NCBI GenBank assembly: GCA_963783575.1
Contig: CAWAOD010000009.1
Location: 128,001-192,000 of the forward strand
Reading direction: 5' to 3'
DNA: 64,000 nucleotides
DNA from: an uncultured Spirochaetota bacterium
GTDB lineage: Bacteria; Spirochaetota; Brevinematia; Brevinematales; JAOACQ01
Each line of letters opens with the position of its first letter. Within the stretch, counting starts at the first letter, position 1. Positions 30,694-40,972 of this stretch are shown here, piece by piece. The notes beneath the pieces were generated by a model, which did not search any database, was not told where the DNA came from, and was given only the letters and a program-made list of their open reading frames with translations. The position numbers and the translations under genes were made by a program.

Positions 30694-31572
30694 CTATAAA
30701 TTGCCATTATTGTAAATCAGGGCAAAATCTTCATACCTGATTCGCAAACCCTTACCGGCAAATGTTTTGTAAGGCTTACCTGCAATTTTTCCATCCAATA
30801 TATTTTCAACACAAAATATAAGCGACCGGATAATTTTTTTATCAACAGGATTTTTCCCATGACCGGAAAAAATTTGTTCAAATTTGCCGGAAATTGAATC
30901 CAGATATTTCAAACTATTCAAATATATGCTTAACGGCATCGATTCTTCCAGATGAAGCCATACTTCTCCGCTGATAACAGTATCGCCTGAAAATAAAATC
31001 CCTGATGCTGAATCAATGAGTGCAATACATCCTGCGGTATGGCCAGGTAAAGCAATAGCCTCTATTATCCTACCGCCCAGATCAAATATATCGCCGTTTT
31101 TCAACGGTAATATTTTTGTCGGTATATCATCAAATGAAGCATTTATCCAGGCATCTTTTGAAAAACCCGCCGGTAATCCTTTACCGGAAAAATGACGGAT
31201 CATATCACTTCTATTTTTTTTAGAAAAACAACTATCCAGTAATTTCATATCTTCAGTTGCAATATATACTTCCTGGAAAAGATAATCCCCTCCAGCATGA
31301 TCGGGATGGACATGTGTATTGACTACAACAATCTGAAGGTTAGTAATTGAGGTTATTATTTCTACAAGATTGCCGATGCCCCAGCCTGTATCTACAAGAA
31401 GACATTTTTTACTTCCGCAGACAAGATAGGAGATGACGCTTTTATGGTCATCGATTATCCAGATATCATCGGAAATTTTTTTTGTTTCAAAACAATGTTC
31501 GTTAATTCCCGACAAGTTTTTATCCTCCGTATAAAGCCATTTATTATCAATTAATTCAGCGCTAATATGCAT
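30694..31572 (-). CDS. Metallo-beta-lactamase-fold hydrolase
   Basis: THVHPDHAGG, PGHTAG, LFSGD, SGHG. Confidence 0.92.
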   Translation of the reverse strand: MHISAELIDNKWLYTEDKNLSGINEHCFETKKISDDIWIIDDHKSVISYLVCGSKKCLLVDTGWGIGNLVEIITSITNLQIVVVNTHVHPDHAGGDYLFQEVYIATEDMKLLDSCFSKKNRSDMIRHFSGKGLPAGFSKDAWINASFDDIPTKILPLKNGDIFDLGGRIIEAIALPGHTAGCIALIDSASGILFSGDTVISGEVWLHLEESMPLSIYLNSLKYLDSISGKFEQIFSGHGKNPVDKKIIRSLIFCVENILDGKIAGKPYKTFAGKGLRIRYEDFALIYNNGNL

Positions 31573-31631
31573 GCTTGATCCACTGCAATATATATTGTAT
31601 TGAATTTAATATCGATCAAGCGGAACGCTTG

Positions 31632-32849
31632 TTATTGATGATAGTCCTTTAGAAAATCCGCCAGCCTTTCGGCGACAATTTTCATTTCTTCAACTGGCGG
31701 CAGGAATACAACGCGGAAGTGATCCGGTTCAGGCCAGTTAAATCCCATTCCACGGACTAGCATAACCTTTTTCTGACGCAGAAAATCCAGGACAAATTTC
31801 TCATCATCCCTGATATTGAATCTTTTTATATCAATCTTCGGAAATAAATAGAGTGCGCCTTTGGGTTTATTGCATGACAAGCCTGGTATATCATTGAAAA
31901 GACTGTAGGAAAAATCTCTCTGTTCCTTCAGCCTTCCGCCCGGTTTTATTAATTCCGTAAGGCTTTGATGTCCGCCAAGAGCCGTTTGTATCGTAAGCTG
32001 GGCAGGGACATTACTGCAAAGACGCATATTTGAAAGAATATCAAGCCCTTCAATATAGTCGGCCGCCATTTCTTTTTTTCCGCTTATTACCATCCATCCT
32101 GCCCGGAACCCTGGAATCCTGTGAGATTTTGAAAGCCCATTCATTGTAATAAACAGGATTTCACCGGATAATGAAGCCGTAGAAGTATGTGTAGCATCAT
32201 CATAAAGTATTCTATCGTATATTTCGTCAGAAAACACAATAAGCTTTTTTTCTACTGCAATATCAACTATTTTTTGAAGTATCTCCACCGGATAGACCGA
32301 ACCTGTCGGATTATTAGGATTAATTACCACAATACCTTTTGTTTTATCGCTTATTTTCTTTCTGATATCTTCAATGTCCGGAATCCAGTCCTGGCTCTCG
32401 TCACAGAAATAATGAACGGCCTTTCCTCCGGCAAGGTTCGCGGCTCCAGTCCAAAGAGGATAGTCAGGCATCGGTACAAGAATTTCGTCCCCGTTATTAA
32501 GAAGACCCTGGAGGGCCAAAACGATAAGCTCGCTTACACCGTTGCCTATATAAATATCGCCGACATCCACACCTTCGATGCCCTTAAGCTGGCAGTACTG
32601 CATAATGGCCTTCCTGGCCTGAAAAAGACCCTTTGAATCGCAATATCCTTCTGCGTTTTTAATATTAAGAATTACATCATGGATAATCTCATCGGGAGCG
32701 GTAATCCCGAATTGGGGCGGATTCCCGGTATTAAGTTTGATTATGGTTGCCCCTTCCTCTTCAAGACGGTTCGCTTCCTGCAAAACAGGTCCCCTGATAT
32801 CATAAAATACATTGTCGAGCTTGTTTGATTTTTTAAATTCCCGAACCAT
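31632..32849 (-). CDS. alaA: PLP-dependent aminotransferase, AlaA/YfbQ type
   Basis: KSNKLDNVFYDIRGPV, INPNNPTG, DEIYD, NGLSKSHRIPGFRAGW. Confidence 0.92.
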   Translation of the reverse strand: MVREFKKSNKLDNVFYDIRGPVLQEANRLEEEGATIIKLNTGNPPQFGITAPDEIIHDVILNIKNAEGYCDSKGLFQARKAIMQYCQLKGIEGVDVGDIYIGNGVSELIVLALQGLLNNGDEILVPMPDYPLWTGAANLAGGKAVHYFCDESQDWIPDIEDIRKKISDKTKGIVVINPNNPTGSVYPVEILQKIVDIAVEKKLIVFSDEIYDRILYDDATHTSTASLSGEILFITMNGLSKSHRIPGFRAGWMVISGKKEMAADYIEGLDILSNMRLCSNVPAQLTIQTALGGHQSLTELIKPGGRLKEQRDFSYSLFNDIPGLSCNKPKGALYLFPKIDIKRFNIRDDEKFVLDFLRQKKVMLVRGMGFNWPEPDHFRVVFLPPVEEMKIVAERLADFLKDYHQ

Positions 32850-33028
32850 ATAAACCCTCAAATTAAATTTTAACAAATTCTATTCATAACAAAGCATAAC
32901 TGCCTCTTTAGAGTGGCAGTATCATATTAACAAATCAGCCAAAGGAATTTATAGTATAATTCAGAATACTTATTTTATCAAAATTTATAGATTATCAGGC
33001 TGTTATTAAAAAAATATTTTTAAAAACT

Positions 33029-33081
33029 ATTGACTGATAATCAGTCAATATGTTATAATATATTTGACTGATCGTCAGTCA
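33029..33081 (+). promoter_or_regulatory. Promoter with two TGACTGA-N3-TCAGTCA operators (TetR type)
   Basis: attgactgataatcagtcaat overlaps the -35; tgactgatcgtcagtca lies downstream of TATAAT. Confidence 0.8.
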
Positions 33082-33109
33082 TTATAATTCTAATTAAAGG
33101 AGAAACAAA

Positions 33110-33577
33110 ATGATCTTTTTAGTTTTGTGGTTATTAGGGATACTTTTAGGGATTGTCACAACTATTATGAACCCGTCATTAAGAACAATGCAATCAATTG
33201 CATATAATCTACTTTTCTATCAAATGACAGTTACCGTAACTTTATCTGGATTGATATGCTTTACAGGCCATGTTTTCAGATCGGATTCAATAGCTGATAA
33301 AAACGGTTGGCCCAGAGGCAGCCTGTTTCAAAAGGAGCTTGGTTTTTCACAATTAGGGTGGGCATTCGCCGGGATTCTTTCAATATGGTATAAAAGCACT
33401 TTATGGATTGCAATTATTGTAATTCTTTGTCCAATGTTTATAGGAGCCGAGGTCATTCATATAATGGATATGTTTAAGAACAAAAATCTCAAACCCGGTA
33501 ATCCGCTAATAATTTTTGCGGATTTAATAATTCCCTTAACATTGATCGTCCTATCGGTTTTTGCAAAAATATGGTAG
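33110..33577 (+). CDS. Small membrane protein (DUF6790-like)
   Basis: GHVF...IA...GW...FQKELGF pattern, four TM segments. Confidence 0.65.
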   Translation: MIFLVLWLLGILLGIVTTIMNPSLRTMQSIAYNLLFYQMTVTVTLSGLICFTGHVFRSDSIADKNGWPRGSLFQKELGFSQLGWAFAGILSIWYKSTLWIAIIVILCPMFIGAEVIHIMDMFKNKNLKPGNPLIIFADLIIPLTLIVLSVFAKIW

Positions 33578-33600
33578 TTTTTCAATAAAAGGAGATTCTT

Positions 33601-34236
33601 ATGTCAAGAACAACAAAAGATCCTGAGGAAAGAAGGAATGAAATTCTGGATACGGCTCAAAGGCTTTTTATAGAAAAAGGGTTTATTCAAACTTCGGTTA
33701 GTGAAATTGTAAAGGAAATCGGCGTTGCCCAGGGAACATTCTATTATTATTTCAAAACCAAAGAGGATATCTTAGATGCGATTATTGACCGCTATATTAA
33801 TGAAATTACAGTAGAGGCCGAATCCTGTTTGAATAACCCCGATTGGGATATAAAGCAAAAAATGGAGAATATAATTATTTCAGAAATAAAAATAGTGAGT
33901 AAGAACAATAGTTACCTGCACAGGATTCAATCGGCGGATATTCACACCCGTATGCTGACTGTGATGGTCAAAAAATTGACGCCTGTTTATGCCCGGATCA
34001 TCGAAGAAGGTATTCAATCGGGAATCTGGAAAACAGATTATCCGCAGGAATTCGCGGAATCCATGCTGGTATCATCGCACATTCTTTTTGATCCGGGATT
34101 GTTTCACAGGACAAAAGAGGAGTTTGAAAGGTGTATTTTAGCATGGCGAGATTCGATGGAAAAAACACTTGGTATGGAAAAAGGGTGGATGGATAGCCTT
34201 AAAAATATTTTTTTTCAGATATATAAAAGGCTCTAA
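33601..34236 (+). CDS. TetR family regulator
   Basis: GVAQGTFYYYFKTKE helix-turn-helix. Confidence 0.93.
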   Translation: MSRTTKDPEERRNEILDTAQRLFIEKGFIQTSVSEIVKEIGVAQGTFYYYFKTKEDILDAIIDRYINEITVEAESCLNNPDWDIKQKMENIIISEIKIVSKNNSYLHRIQSADIHTRMLTVMVKKLTPVYARIIEEGIQSGIWKTDYPQEFAESMLVSSHILFDPGLFHRTKEEFERCILAWRDSMEKTLGMEKGWMDSLKNIFFQIYKRL

Positions 34237-34267
34237 CATAAAAAAAATAATAAAAGAGGGATCATCT

Positions 34268-35833
34268 ATGGAAGATAGGCATTCTTTACTTGGCAATGAA
34301 AGCATAACCAGGCTCATTGTAAAATTTTCAATCCCGGCGGTCGCAGGGATGACCGTCACCGCACTTTATAACGTTATCGACAGGATATTTGTAGGACGGG
34401 GGGTTGGATCCGACGCCTTATCTGGCGTTGTGCTGACCTTTCCGATTATGATGATCATACTGGGATTTTCGCTTTTAATTTCCGTTGGAACGGCTTCAAT
34501 GGTTTCTATAAAATTAGGTCAGAAAAAGAAAGACGAGGCGGAGGATATTATCGGTAATGCTTTTGCCCTGTCCATGGCATTGGGAATCATCCTGTCGGCG
34601 GTTTGCCTGGTATTTATGAAGCCGGTACTCATTGCTTTTGGCGGTGAAGGAACTCCTCTCCTTTATGCCGAGCAGTTTATGCAGGTAGCGCTTTTTTCGA
34701 TTGTCTTCCAGATGATCGGTTTTACATTGAACGGAGCTATCCGTTCCGAAGGAAACGCGATGATTGCATTATTGACTTTAGTAATAGGGAATGCCATCAA
34801 CCTGATTTTGAACCCATTATTCATATTTGTCCTGCACCTTGGAGTTAGAGGTTCTTCCCTTGCCACACTTATATCCCAGATTGTAACTTCAGCCTGGACA
34901 TTCTTCTATTTTGCAAATAAAAAAAGCCTGCTGCGTCTCAGGATAAGGAACCTCCGGCTCAAACCCATTATCTTGAAGGAAATCCTGTCCATAGGACTTG
35001 CGCCATTTATTTTACAAAATGCTTTAAGCCTGATGTTGATCATATCGAACATTGTATTTAAGAAATTTGGAAATGGAGAAGGCCTTGCGGTTGTCGGAAT
35101 AATTATGGTAATCAGTATGCTGTTTAACCAGGTAGTTACAGGCATGCAGCGTGGAATTCAGCCTATTATAGGCTATAATTACGGGGCAAAAAATTTTACA
35201 CGGGTAAAAAAGACAATGGAACTCTCCATTATAATCACTACAATGATATGTTCCATCGGTTTTATTCCCATATTCTTTTTCAGCCGCGAAATCATATCTT
35301 TATTTACTGAACAAAGAACAGTTTTATCATTATTTGGCCCTCCGGGGCTGAAATATGCTCTTATAACCCTCCCTCTCCTCGGTTTTTTGACAATAGGGAG
35401 CGGCTATTTTACATCCGTAGGGAAATTTAAGCAGGCTCTATTTATTATTATAATCCGCCAGGCGGCCATTATAATTCTGCTGTTGATTCTTCCCGGATAT
35501 TTCGGTTTTTATGGCGGTATAACCGCATATCCTCTGGCAGATTTAATAACAACCGCCATAACAGCTCTTATGATGGCTATTGAATGGAGAAATCTCAAAG
35601 TAAACAGCGATAATACAGAAAAGCAAGAGAAAATGACCATTAATAAAGTATTCTCAAGGCAGCGCCTTGAGATATTAAAGTCAGAACAACTGGAAGCATC
35701 TTCTAGTGGAAAAGCAGCAGAGCTATACGAAACTTTGTTGCGTAAGGAATCTACGCCTGGGACAAGCAGCCTGCCTGGCCTGCCTACGCCGGGATTTCCG
35801 GCAGGTAGACGGCAGACAGGTCACGCTTGTTAA
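34268..35833 (+). CDS. MATE efflux transporter (MepA-like)
   Basis: LYNVIDRIFVG, RSEG, QPIIGYNYGA; C-terminal tail reads through a REP-like repeat. Confidence 0.92.
   Translation: MEDRHSLLGNESITRLIVKFSIPAVAGMTVTALYNVIDRIFVGRGVGSDALSGVVLTFPIMMIILGFSLLISVGTASMVSIKLGQKKKDEAEDIIGNAFALSMALGIILSAVCLVFMKPVLIAFGGEGTPLLYAEQFMQVALFSIVFQMIGFTLNGAIRSEGNAMIALLTLVIGNAINLILNPLFIFVLHLGVRGSSLATLISQIVTSAWTFFYFANKKSLLRLRIRNLRLKPIILKEILSIGLAPFILQNALSLMLIISNIVFKKFGNGEGLAVVGIIMVISMLFNQVVTGMQRGIQPIIGYNYGAKNFTRVKKTMELSIIITTMICSIGFIPIFFFSREIISLFTEQRTVLSLFGPPGLKYALITLPLLGFLTIGSGYFTSVGKFKQALFIIIIRQAAIIILLLILPGYFGFYGGITAYPLADLITTAITALMMAIEWRNLKVNSDNTEKQEKMTINKVFSRQRLEILKSEQLEASSSGKAAELYETLLRKESTPGTSSLPGLPTPGFPAGRRQTGHAC
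35775..35820. repeat. 46-bp REP-like palindrome (copy 2)
   Basis: ctggcctgcctacgccgggatttccggcaggtagacggcagacagg. Confidence 0.9.
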
Positions 35834-35851
35834 ACCGGAGGAGGAAACAAT

Positions 35852-36700
35852 ATGAAAGCAATGACCGGAATTTTTATGTTATTCATTATCACAGGGTGCG
35901 GAATTGGAAAAGCTGAATACCCGCCTTTAAAATTGTACGATAAAATATCGATCCCCGATGGAGAATATTTACAATACGGGAAATATATCGGCGGAGAAAA
36001 AAACGTAACAATTTATTATGTTACCCGGCTGGATAATAATTCCAATCATGAACCTGAAGCCAGGATTTATGGTCAAGCGATCAGAGTTAACAGTAATGAT
36101 AAGCTTCCTGACAATTATAAAGATTATTCTTCAATTGATGTAATCTCTTTACAGACAGGATCTTTAACAGAGCAAATTGTTGATAACTCAATAATCACAA
36201 ATGATTATAAATACTTAAATGATCCATCTAAATTCAAAGGGGAATTTTATCATCATTACCTGCTAAAGGACGGCACAATATATTATGAATACCGTATTTT
36301 AAAAGGCAATGAGATTATGAACACAGCATTCAGGGAGACTGTTAAAAAAGATTATCCCACCTGGGATCTTTATAGTTTCTCGACTTTTTCTTTCAGGTAC
36401 CTGGATATATCTAAAGAGGGAATCTTGTATCTTGTTATGCCAACTATCATAAAGGATCCAATACCTGGGTATTTCAAGGTTATAGGTAAAGAGAAAATAA
36501 AAACCGGATTTAAAGAATTTGATGCCGTTAAACTCGGTGTAGTAGCCTCCGACCCATTCCTTGGAAAGCTTATGGAGTCCTATAGCAAGGATACATTTCT
36601 ATGGTTTGAAGATTCTGATAGAAGGGTTCTTTTGAAAATGCAGTCTGCCGGGATAACGCTGGAGATAGAAATGATCTCAAATGTGATTTCAAATATTTAA
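35852..36700 (+). CDS. Hypothetical lipoprotein
   Basis: Lipobox ITGC, GGAGGAGG RBS. Confidence 0.7.
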   Translation: MKAMTGIFMLFIITGCGIGKAEYPPLKLYDKISIPDGEYLQYGKYIGGEKNVTIYYVTRLDNNSNHEPEARIYGQAIRVNSNDKLPDNYKDYSSIDVISLQTGSLTEQIVDNSIITNDYKYLNDPSKFKGEFYHHYLLKDGTIYYEYRILKGNEIMNTAFRETVKKDYPTWDLYSFSTFSFRYLDISKEGILYLVMPTIIKDPIPGYFKVIGKEKIKTGFKEFDAVKLGVVASDPFLGKLMESYSKDTFLWFEDSDRRVLLKMQSAGITLEIEMISNVISNI

Positions 36701-36748
36701 AAAGAAAACATTTCTAACTGATTGAAATACAAAATAAAGGAGTTTATT

Positions 36749-37561
36749 ATGAGTAAAGCAGAGATTTATTATTTTTCAGGCACTGGAAATTCATTATACG
36801 CAGCTAAAGAACTGCAAAGGAATATTCCTGAATGCGAATTAATCCCCATATTGGGAGCTTTAAGAAATTCTACTTTTGAATCAAAAGCGGAAATAGCCGG
36901 ATTTGTTTTACCGAATTATGTCCGTACAATACCCGGGCCAGTCCGGAAATTCCTTAAAAAAATAAATTTAAAGACCGCATCCTATGTATTTGCGGTTGTT
37001 ACTGCGGGCGGTTCCCCGTCAACAGTCTGCAAAGACATAAACAAAATTATCTCAGGAAAAGGAAAACAGCTGAATGCCTATTTTGAACTGGAGATGCCCA
37101 ATAATTCCTTAATTTTTCATGGGGAAGATACCCCTGAAGAAATAAAAAGACTGGTAACGGGAGCAGGGAAAAAACTGGGATCCATACAAAAAACAATTTT
37201 GAACCGGGGAAAAAACATTGATCAAAGTTCTGAAAGCAATTCCATAAAGGAAAAAATCCTATTTTCAATATTGGGTAAGCTGGTAGTTCCGCTATTCGGC
37301 GAAAAAATGATCTCTTTTTACTCCGATTCCAATTGCAGCAGTTGTGGAATTTGCGAAAAAGTCTGTTTATCGGGCAAGATTGCCATTAAAGACAGAAAGC
37401 CTGAATGGCAGAAAAATGTTAAGTGCATGTACTGTTTTGCCTGTATCAATTTCTGCCCTGTTCAATCCATTCAAATAAAAAAATCAAAAACAAATGTTCT
37501 TGGAAGGTATCATCATCCGGAGATAACAGCAAAGGAAATTGCCGGGCAAAAATTAATTTGA
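36749..37561 (+). CDS. EFR1-family flavodoxin-ferredoxin
   Basis: YYFSGTGNS plus CSSCGICEKVC and CMYCFACINFCP. Confidence 0.88.
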   Translation: MSKAEIYYFSGTGNSLYAAKELQRNIPECELIPILGALRNSTFESKAEIAGFVLPNYVRTIPGPVRKFLKKINLKTASYVFAVVTAGGSPSTVCKDINKIISGKGKQLNAYFELEMPNNSLIFHGEDTPEEIKRLVTGAGKKLGSIQKTILNRGKNIDQSSESNSIKEKILFSILGKLVVPLFGEKMISFYSDSNCSSCGICEKVCLSGKIAIKDRKPEWQKNVKCMYCFACINFCPVQSIQIKKSKTNVLGRYHHPEITAKEIAGQKLI

Positions 37562-37581
37562 ATTCATCCAAAGATAATTTA

Positions 37582-38037
37582 TTATACTAATTCTTTTAAT
37601 TGCAGGTAAGTAATTCTTGGGAAAAAACCATATTTACTATAAAATTTAAAAACCGATTCATGCCCCTCTGCAACAGCGACCATGATTTTTGTACAGTTAT
37701 TGGCTTTTAACCAATTTATGCTATTTTCAACCAATTTCCCGCCATAACCGTATTTTCTATATTCCTGATCAATGAATAATGAATCTATCTCGCCAACATT
37801 TTTTTCAATTGTTGAAATACAATAGCCAACCGGAGTATTATTATTAACAATCAACTCAATTCTAATATTACCGCTATCCAGTTCATCAAACTTTTCACAT
37901 CTTTTTTCAAAAGTAAAACTTTTATAGTGCCCCTTAAAAAATTTGGAATCTTTTAAATGAATTTCATTTAATTTTTCCCAAAGAGCTTTTATTTCACCAA
38001 TTTTTATTTTTTCAATAACTTTGAATTCACAATTCAT
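37582..38037 (-). CDS. GNAT acetyltransferase
   Basis: EIDSLFIDQEYRKYGYG, FYSKYGF. Confidence 0.88.
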   Translation of the reverse strand: MNCEFKVIEKIKIGEIKALWEKLNEIHLKDSKFFKGHYKSFTFEKRCEKFDELDSGNIRIELIVNNNTPVGYCISTIEKNVGEIDSLFIDQEYRKYGYGGKLVENSINWLKANNCTKIMVAVAEGHESVFKFYSKYGFFPRITYLQLKELV

Positions 38038-38156
38038 AAAAAATATCCTTTTTATTTGATCATAATTACCCGGCAATACTTTACAATAAATAAATATAAA
38101 AATCAAATCCTGAAATTAAGAATTAAAGTTGCCGGATTAAATTATTTTATCAACTA

Positions 38157-38195
38157 TTGACAAACATTCTTTTATATGTTACACTATTAGTATAA
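38157..38195 (+). promoter_or_regulatory. Promoter TTGACA-17-TACACT with overlapping imperfect palindrome
   Basis: ttacactattagtataa overlaps the -10 upstream of a TetR gene. Confidence 0.6.
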
Positions 38196-38218
38196 TTAAT
38201 TATATTATAGGTGTAAAT

Positions 38219-38857
38219 ATGGGAAGAAAAGAAAGAACCATTGAACAGAAAAAAATCTGTGAAAAAGATATTTTAGATGCTGCCGAACGGAGGCTTTTCC
38301 AATCGGGTTTTGAAAATACTACAATGGAAGAGATTGCAATCGAAGCAAACTATACAAAGCGTTCTCTTTATTTCTATTTCAAAAGCAAGGAAGAAATCTA
38401 TCTTAGCATTATTACCCGGGGTTTCAAGATATTAAATATAAGCATAGAAGTTGTCAACAGAGCTTCTGTGGCAAAAGGAATAGAAAAGGTCAGGAAACTT
38501 GGCGAAGCTTATTACGCTTTTTACAAGCAATATACAAACTATTTTCGCTTGATCGCAGAATACGAAAACCGTGAACAGGATTTTTCAGGAGATAATCCAA
38601 TCATAAGCGAATGCTATACCGAAGGTGAAAAAAGCATCGGCATGCTGAAGACTGCTCTTGAGGAAGGAATCCTTGACGGCAGTATTCGAAACGGGATCGA
38701 TGTAAAAATGATGGCCTTTCTTTTATGGGGGCAGTTCAACGGAGTCATATCAATCATAGCTCACAAAAAACATTACATAGAAGCTTATTACCGTAAAAAT
38801 GACGAAGAAATAATGCGGGTTTTATCGGATATAATTGAAAGAATTCTTAAACAATAG
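38219..38857 (+). CDS. TetR family regulator
   Basis: TTMEEIA...LYFYFKSKEE. Confidence 0.92.
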   Translation: MGRKERTIEQKKICEKDILDAAERRLFQSGFENTTMEEIAIEANYTKRSLYFYFKSKEEIYLSIITRGFKILNISIEVVNRASVAKGIEKVRKLGEAYYAFYKQYTNYFRLIAEYENREQDFSGDNPIISECYTEGEKSIGMLKTALEEGILDGSIRNGIDVKMMAFLLWGQFNGVISIIAHKKHYIEAYYRKNDEEIMRVLSDIIERILKQ

Positions 38858-38865
38858 AGGAAAAT

Positions 38866-39680
38866 ATGATTAGAATTACATTGTTAATTATTCTATTTAA
38901 CTTATTCTCGTCATTTACTTTTACACAATCTGTAGAAAAAGGATTTTTCTTATACCAGGGATTGGCCGGATTGGATTATCCAATGGGAATTCAAAGTGAT
39001 ACGGCTGTTTATTACCGTATTCCCACAGGTGAAAGTGAAGAGATGCTTTTTAAGACCGCTCATACGGATATTGGAATTGAAAATTGGCTTACCCCAACGG
39101 ATAATTTTCTGGCCCTATATTGCAAACTTGAGCCCATCGCATTCTTTGATCTTGTGTTCCGTAGCGGTTATGACGGTATTTTTAATTTTACCGGCGTGGG
39201 TTTTCAGCCGGTAAGCGGGCCCGGCGAGCCTTATGATTCGGAATCGGCTGTGAAACTGCCCATGAAAACCGGTCCGGATTATGGGGAATGATTACCCCGG
39301 AATTAAAAATCAAATTCTGGAATATCATTCTCACACATTCGTTTACAATTAACTATTTCAATATGTTTTATCCCGGATATTTTATTGAATTCCATACCGA
39401 TTCAATCCTTCATGGTGAAGATATTAATCTGCAAAACGATACATACGGATTTTACGAATTTAACCGGCAATTACTATTGGGTTTTAATCACTATTATCTC
39501 TATGTACCAAGCACCGGATATGCCTCGCAGAGACTTTCCGCAGCGGCGGTCTTTAAACCCGGGCTGAGTTGTTTTTATGATGCTTTCCTTGCTGCTCTTG
39601 CCGGCAGTTATCTTCAGGATCACAGCTACACCGGCAAGTTTTTCCTGCTTATTCAGGGTGGCTTTACTATAAAGTTATAA
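38866..39680 (+). CDS. Hypothetical exported protein, split by a frameshift near 39260-39290
   Basis: Two overlapping ORFs, signal peptide, beta-strand-like C-terminus. Confidence 0.55.
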
Positions 39681-39701
39681 AGGAGGTGGTATGATAAAAA
39701 A

Positions 39702-39866
39702 GGTTGAAAAATAAAAGAGCCCGCATCAAAATAGATGAGGGCTCTGAATAGGACAAAGATCGAATCAATTTGTGGGGATAAACCCCGTTAGGAGTATGAT
39801 CGAATCCTTGTCCGAACCACCATTTTGAGGATAAACCTCGTATTGGAGTATGGTAATTTTTCAACC
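39702..39866 (+). ncRNA. Candidate IS110 bridge RNA
   Basis: Closed by an 11-bp stem ggttgaaaaat/atttttcaacc; 5' hairpin plus two similar modules, each with a GGATAAACC hairpin and GGAGTATG. Confidence 0.65.
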
Positions 39867-39922
39867 GGATTAATATACCACTAAAAGATTCAGGCCTCCC
39901 AAATAAATTAGGGAGAAAAACG

Positions 39923-40933
39923 ATGGACGCAAAAAAGTGGATCGGAATTGATATCCACAAAAAGCAAATTACCGTTTGCATTATTATAGAAAACGGTAAA
40001 AAATCAATCAAGCAATATGAGAGAAATGAAAAAGAATTAGCGGAATTTGAGAAAGAGATTGACAAAGAAACGATAATCGGGATTGAATCGACAAACTGGA
40101 CATGGGATTTAATCAAACGGTTAAAAGATAAAGTAAAAGATGCGGTTATTTTCAATACTATTGATTTAAAAAGATTAATGGATCGATTTAAAAAAACAGA
40201 CAAGGAAGATGCAGAAAGAATGGCGATTATATTACAAAGATTTGAAAAAGAAGAGCTAAGTACCTGTCAGATAAGAAGCGACGAAGACGCTGAAATAAGA
40301 GGATTATTATCTGTGAGGGAAGAAATGGTTAGCAATAAGAAAAGCTATAAGACAAAGATAATAGCGATGATGGAGTATTGGGGGATTAAAACCGGAGACA
40401 AAATGTTCAACAATTTTGAAAAGAACACAAACTGGGTCAAAGAACAAAACATACCTGAGAGTATAAAGAGAGCCGTAATCCAGATGTATGTTATGTTAGA
40501 AAATCTCAAAGAAGACATTAAGGTACTGGATAAAGAAACAGAAGCCTTAAGCATAAAGAGACCCGGATATAATGAGATTAAAGAATTAACGGGAATAGGC
40601 ACAACAACCGGCGTATACATCATAACGAAGGTAGGCAATATAGACCGCTTTAGTACCTCAAAAAAATTTGTATCATATATGGGATTAGCACCAAGAGTTA
40701 GTGAAAGTGACGGAAAAGGAACAAATGGTCAAATTACACGAAAAGTAGACGGTGCTTTTTTAAGGGTCATAGTACAAGCAGCCTGGGTTCGTGTGAGATA
40801 TGATAAAGAAATGAAATCGTTTTATGAGAATATTCGAACAAGAAGAGGAAAACAAAAAGCGATCATTGCAGTAGCGAGAAAAATTATTGTGGAAGTATAT
40901 TATAAGTTGTTGAATCTGAAATCTGAGGCTTGA
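39923..40933 (+). CDS. IS110 transposase/recombinase
   Basis: RuvC-like DEDD motifs GIDIHK, GIEST, KTDKEDA; C-terminal GIG...YMGLAPRVSESDG, AVARK. Confidence 0.95.
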   Translation: MDAKKWIGIDIHKKQITVCIIIENGKKSIKQYERNEKELAEFEKEIDKETIIGIESTNWTWDLIKRLKDKVKDAVIFNTIDLKRLMDRFKKTDKEDAERMAIILQRFEKEELSTCQIRSDEDAEIRGLLSVREEMVSNKKSYKTKIIAMMEYWGIKTGDKMFNNFEKNTNWVKEQNIPESIKRAVIQMYVMLENLKEDIKVLDKETEALSIKRPGYNEIKELTGIGTTTGVYIITKVGNIDRFSTSKKFVSYMGLAPRVSESDGKGTNGQITRKVDGAFLRVIVQAAWVRVRYDKEMKSFYENIRTRRGKQKAIIAVARKIIVEVYYKLLNLKSEA

Positions 40934-40972
40934 ATCTTAAAATAAAACTTGACAAATTACATAGGAGAAATT

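Larger units (their letters stand above)
39681..40967 (+). mobile_element. IS110-family insertion sequence
   Basis: Transposase flanked by AGGAG at 39681-39685 and 40963-40967; joining the ends gives TTGACA-17-TATGAT. Confidence 0.9.

Noticed and set aside
39667..40638. Antisense ORFs over the IS110 element, and other shadow ORFs in the track
   Set aside because: They lie opposite or inside well-supported genes and show no motifs or RBS
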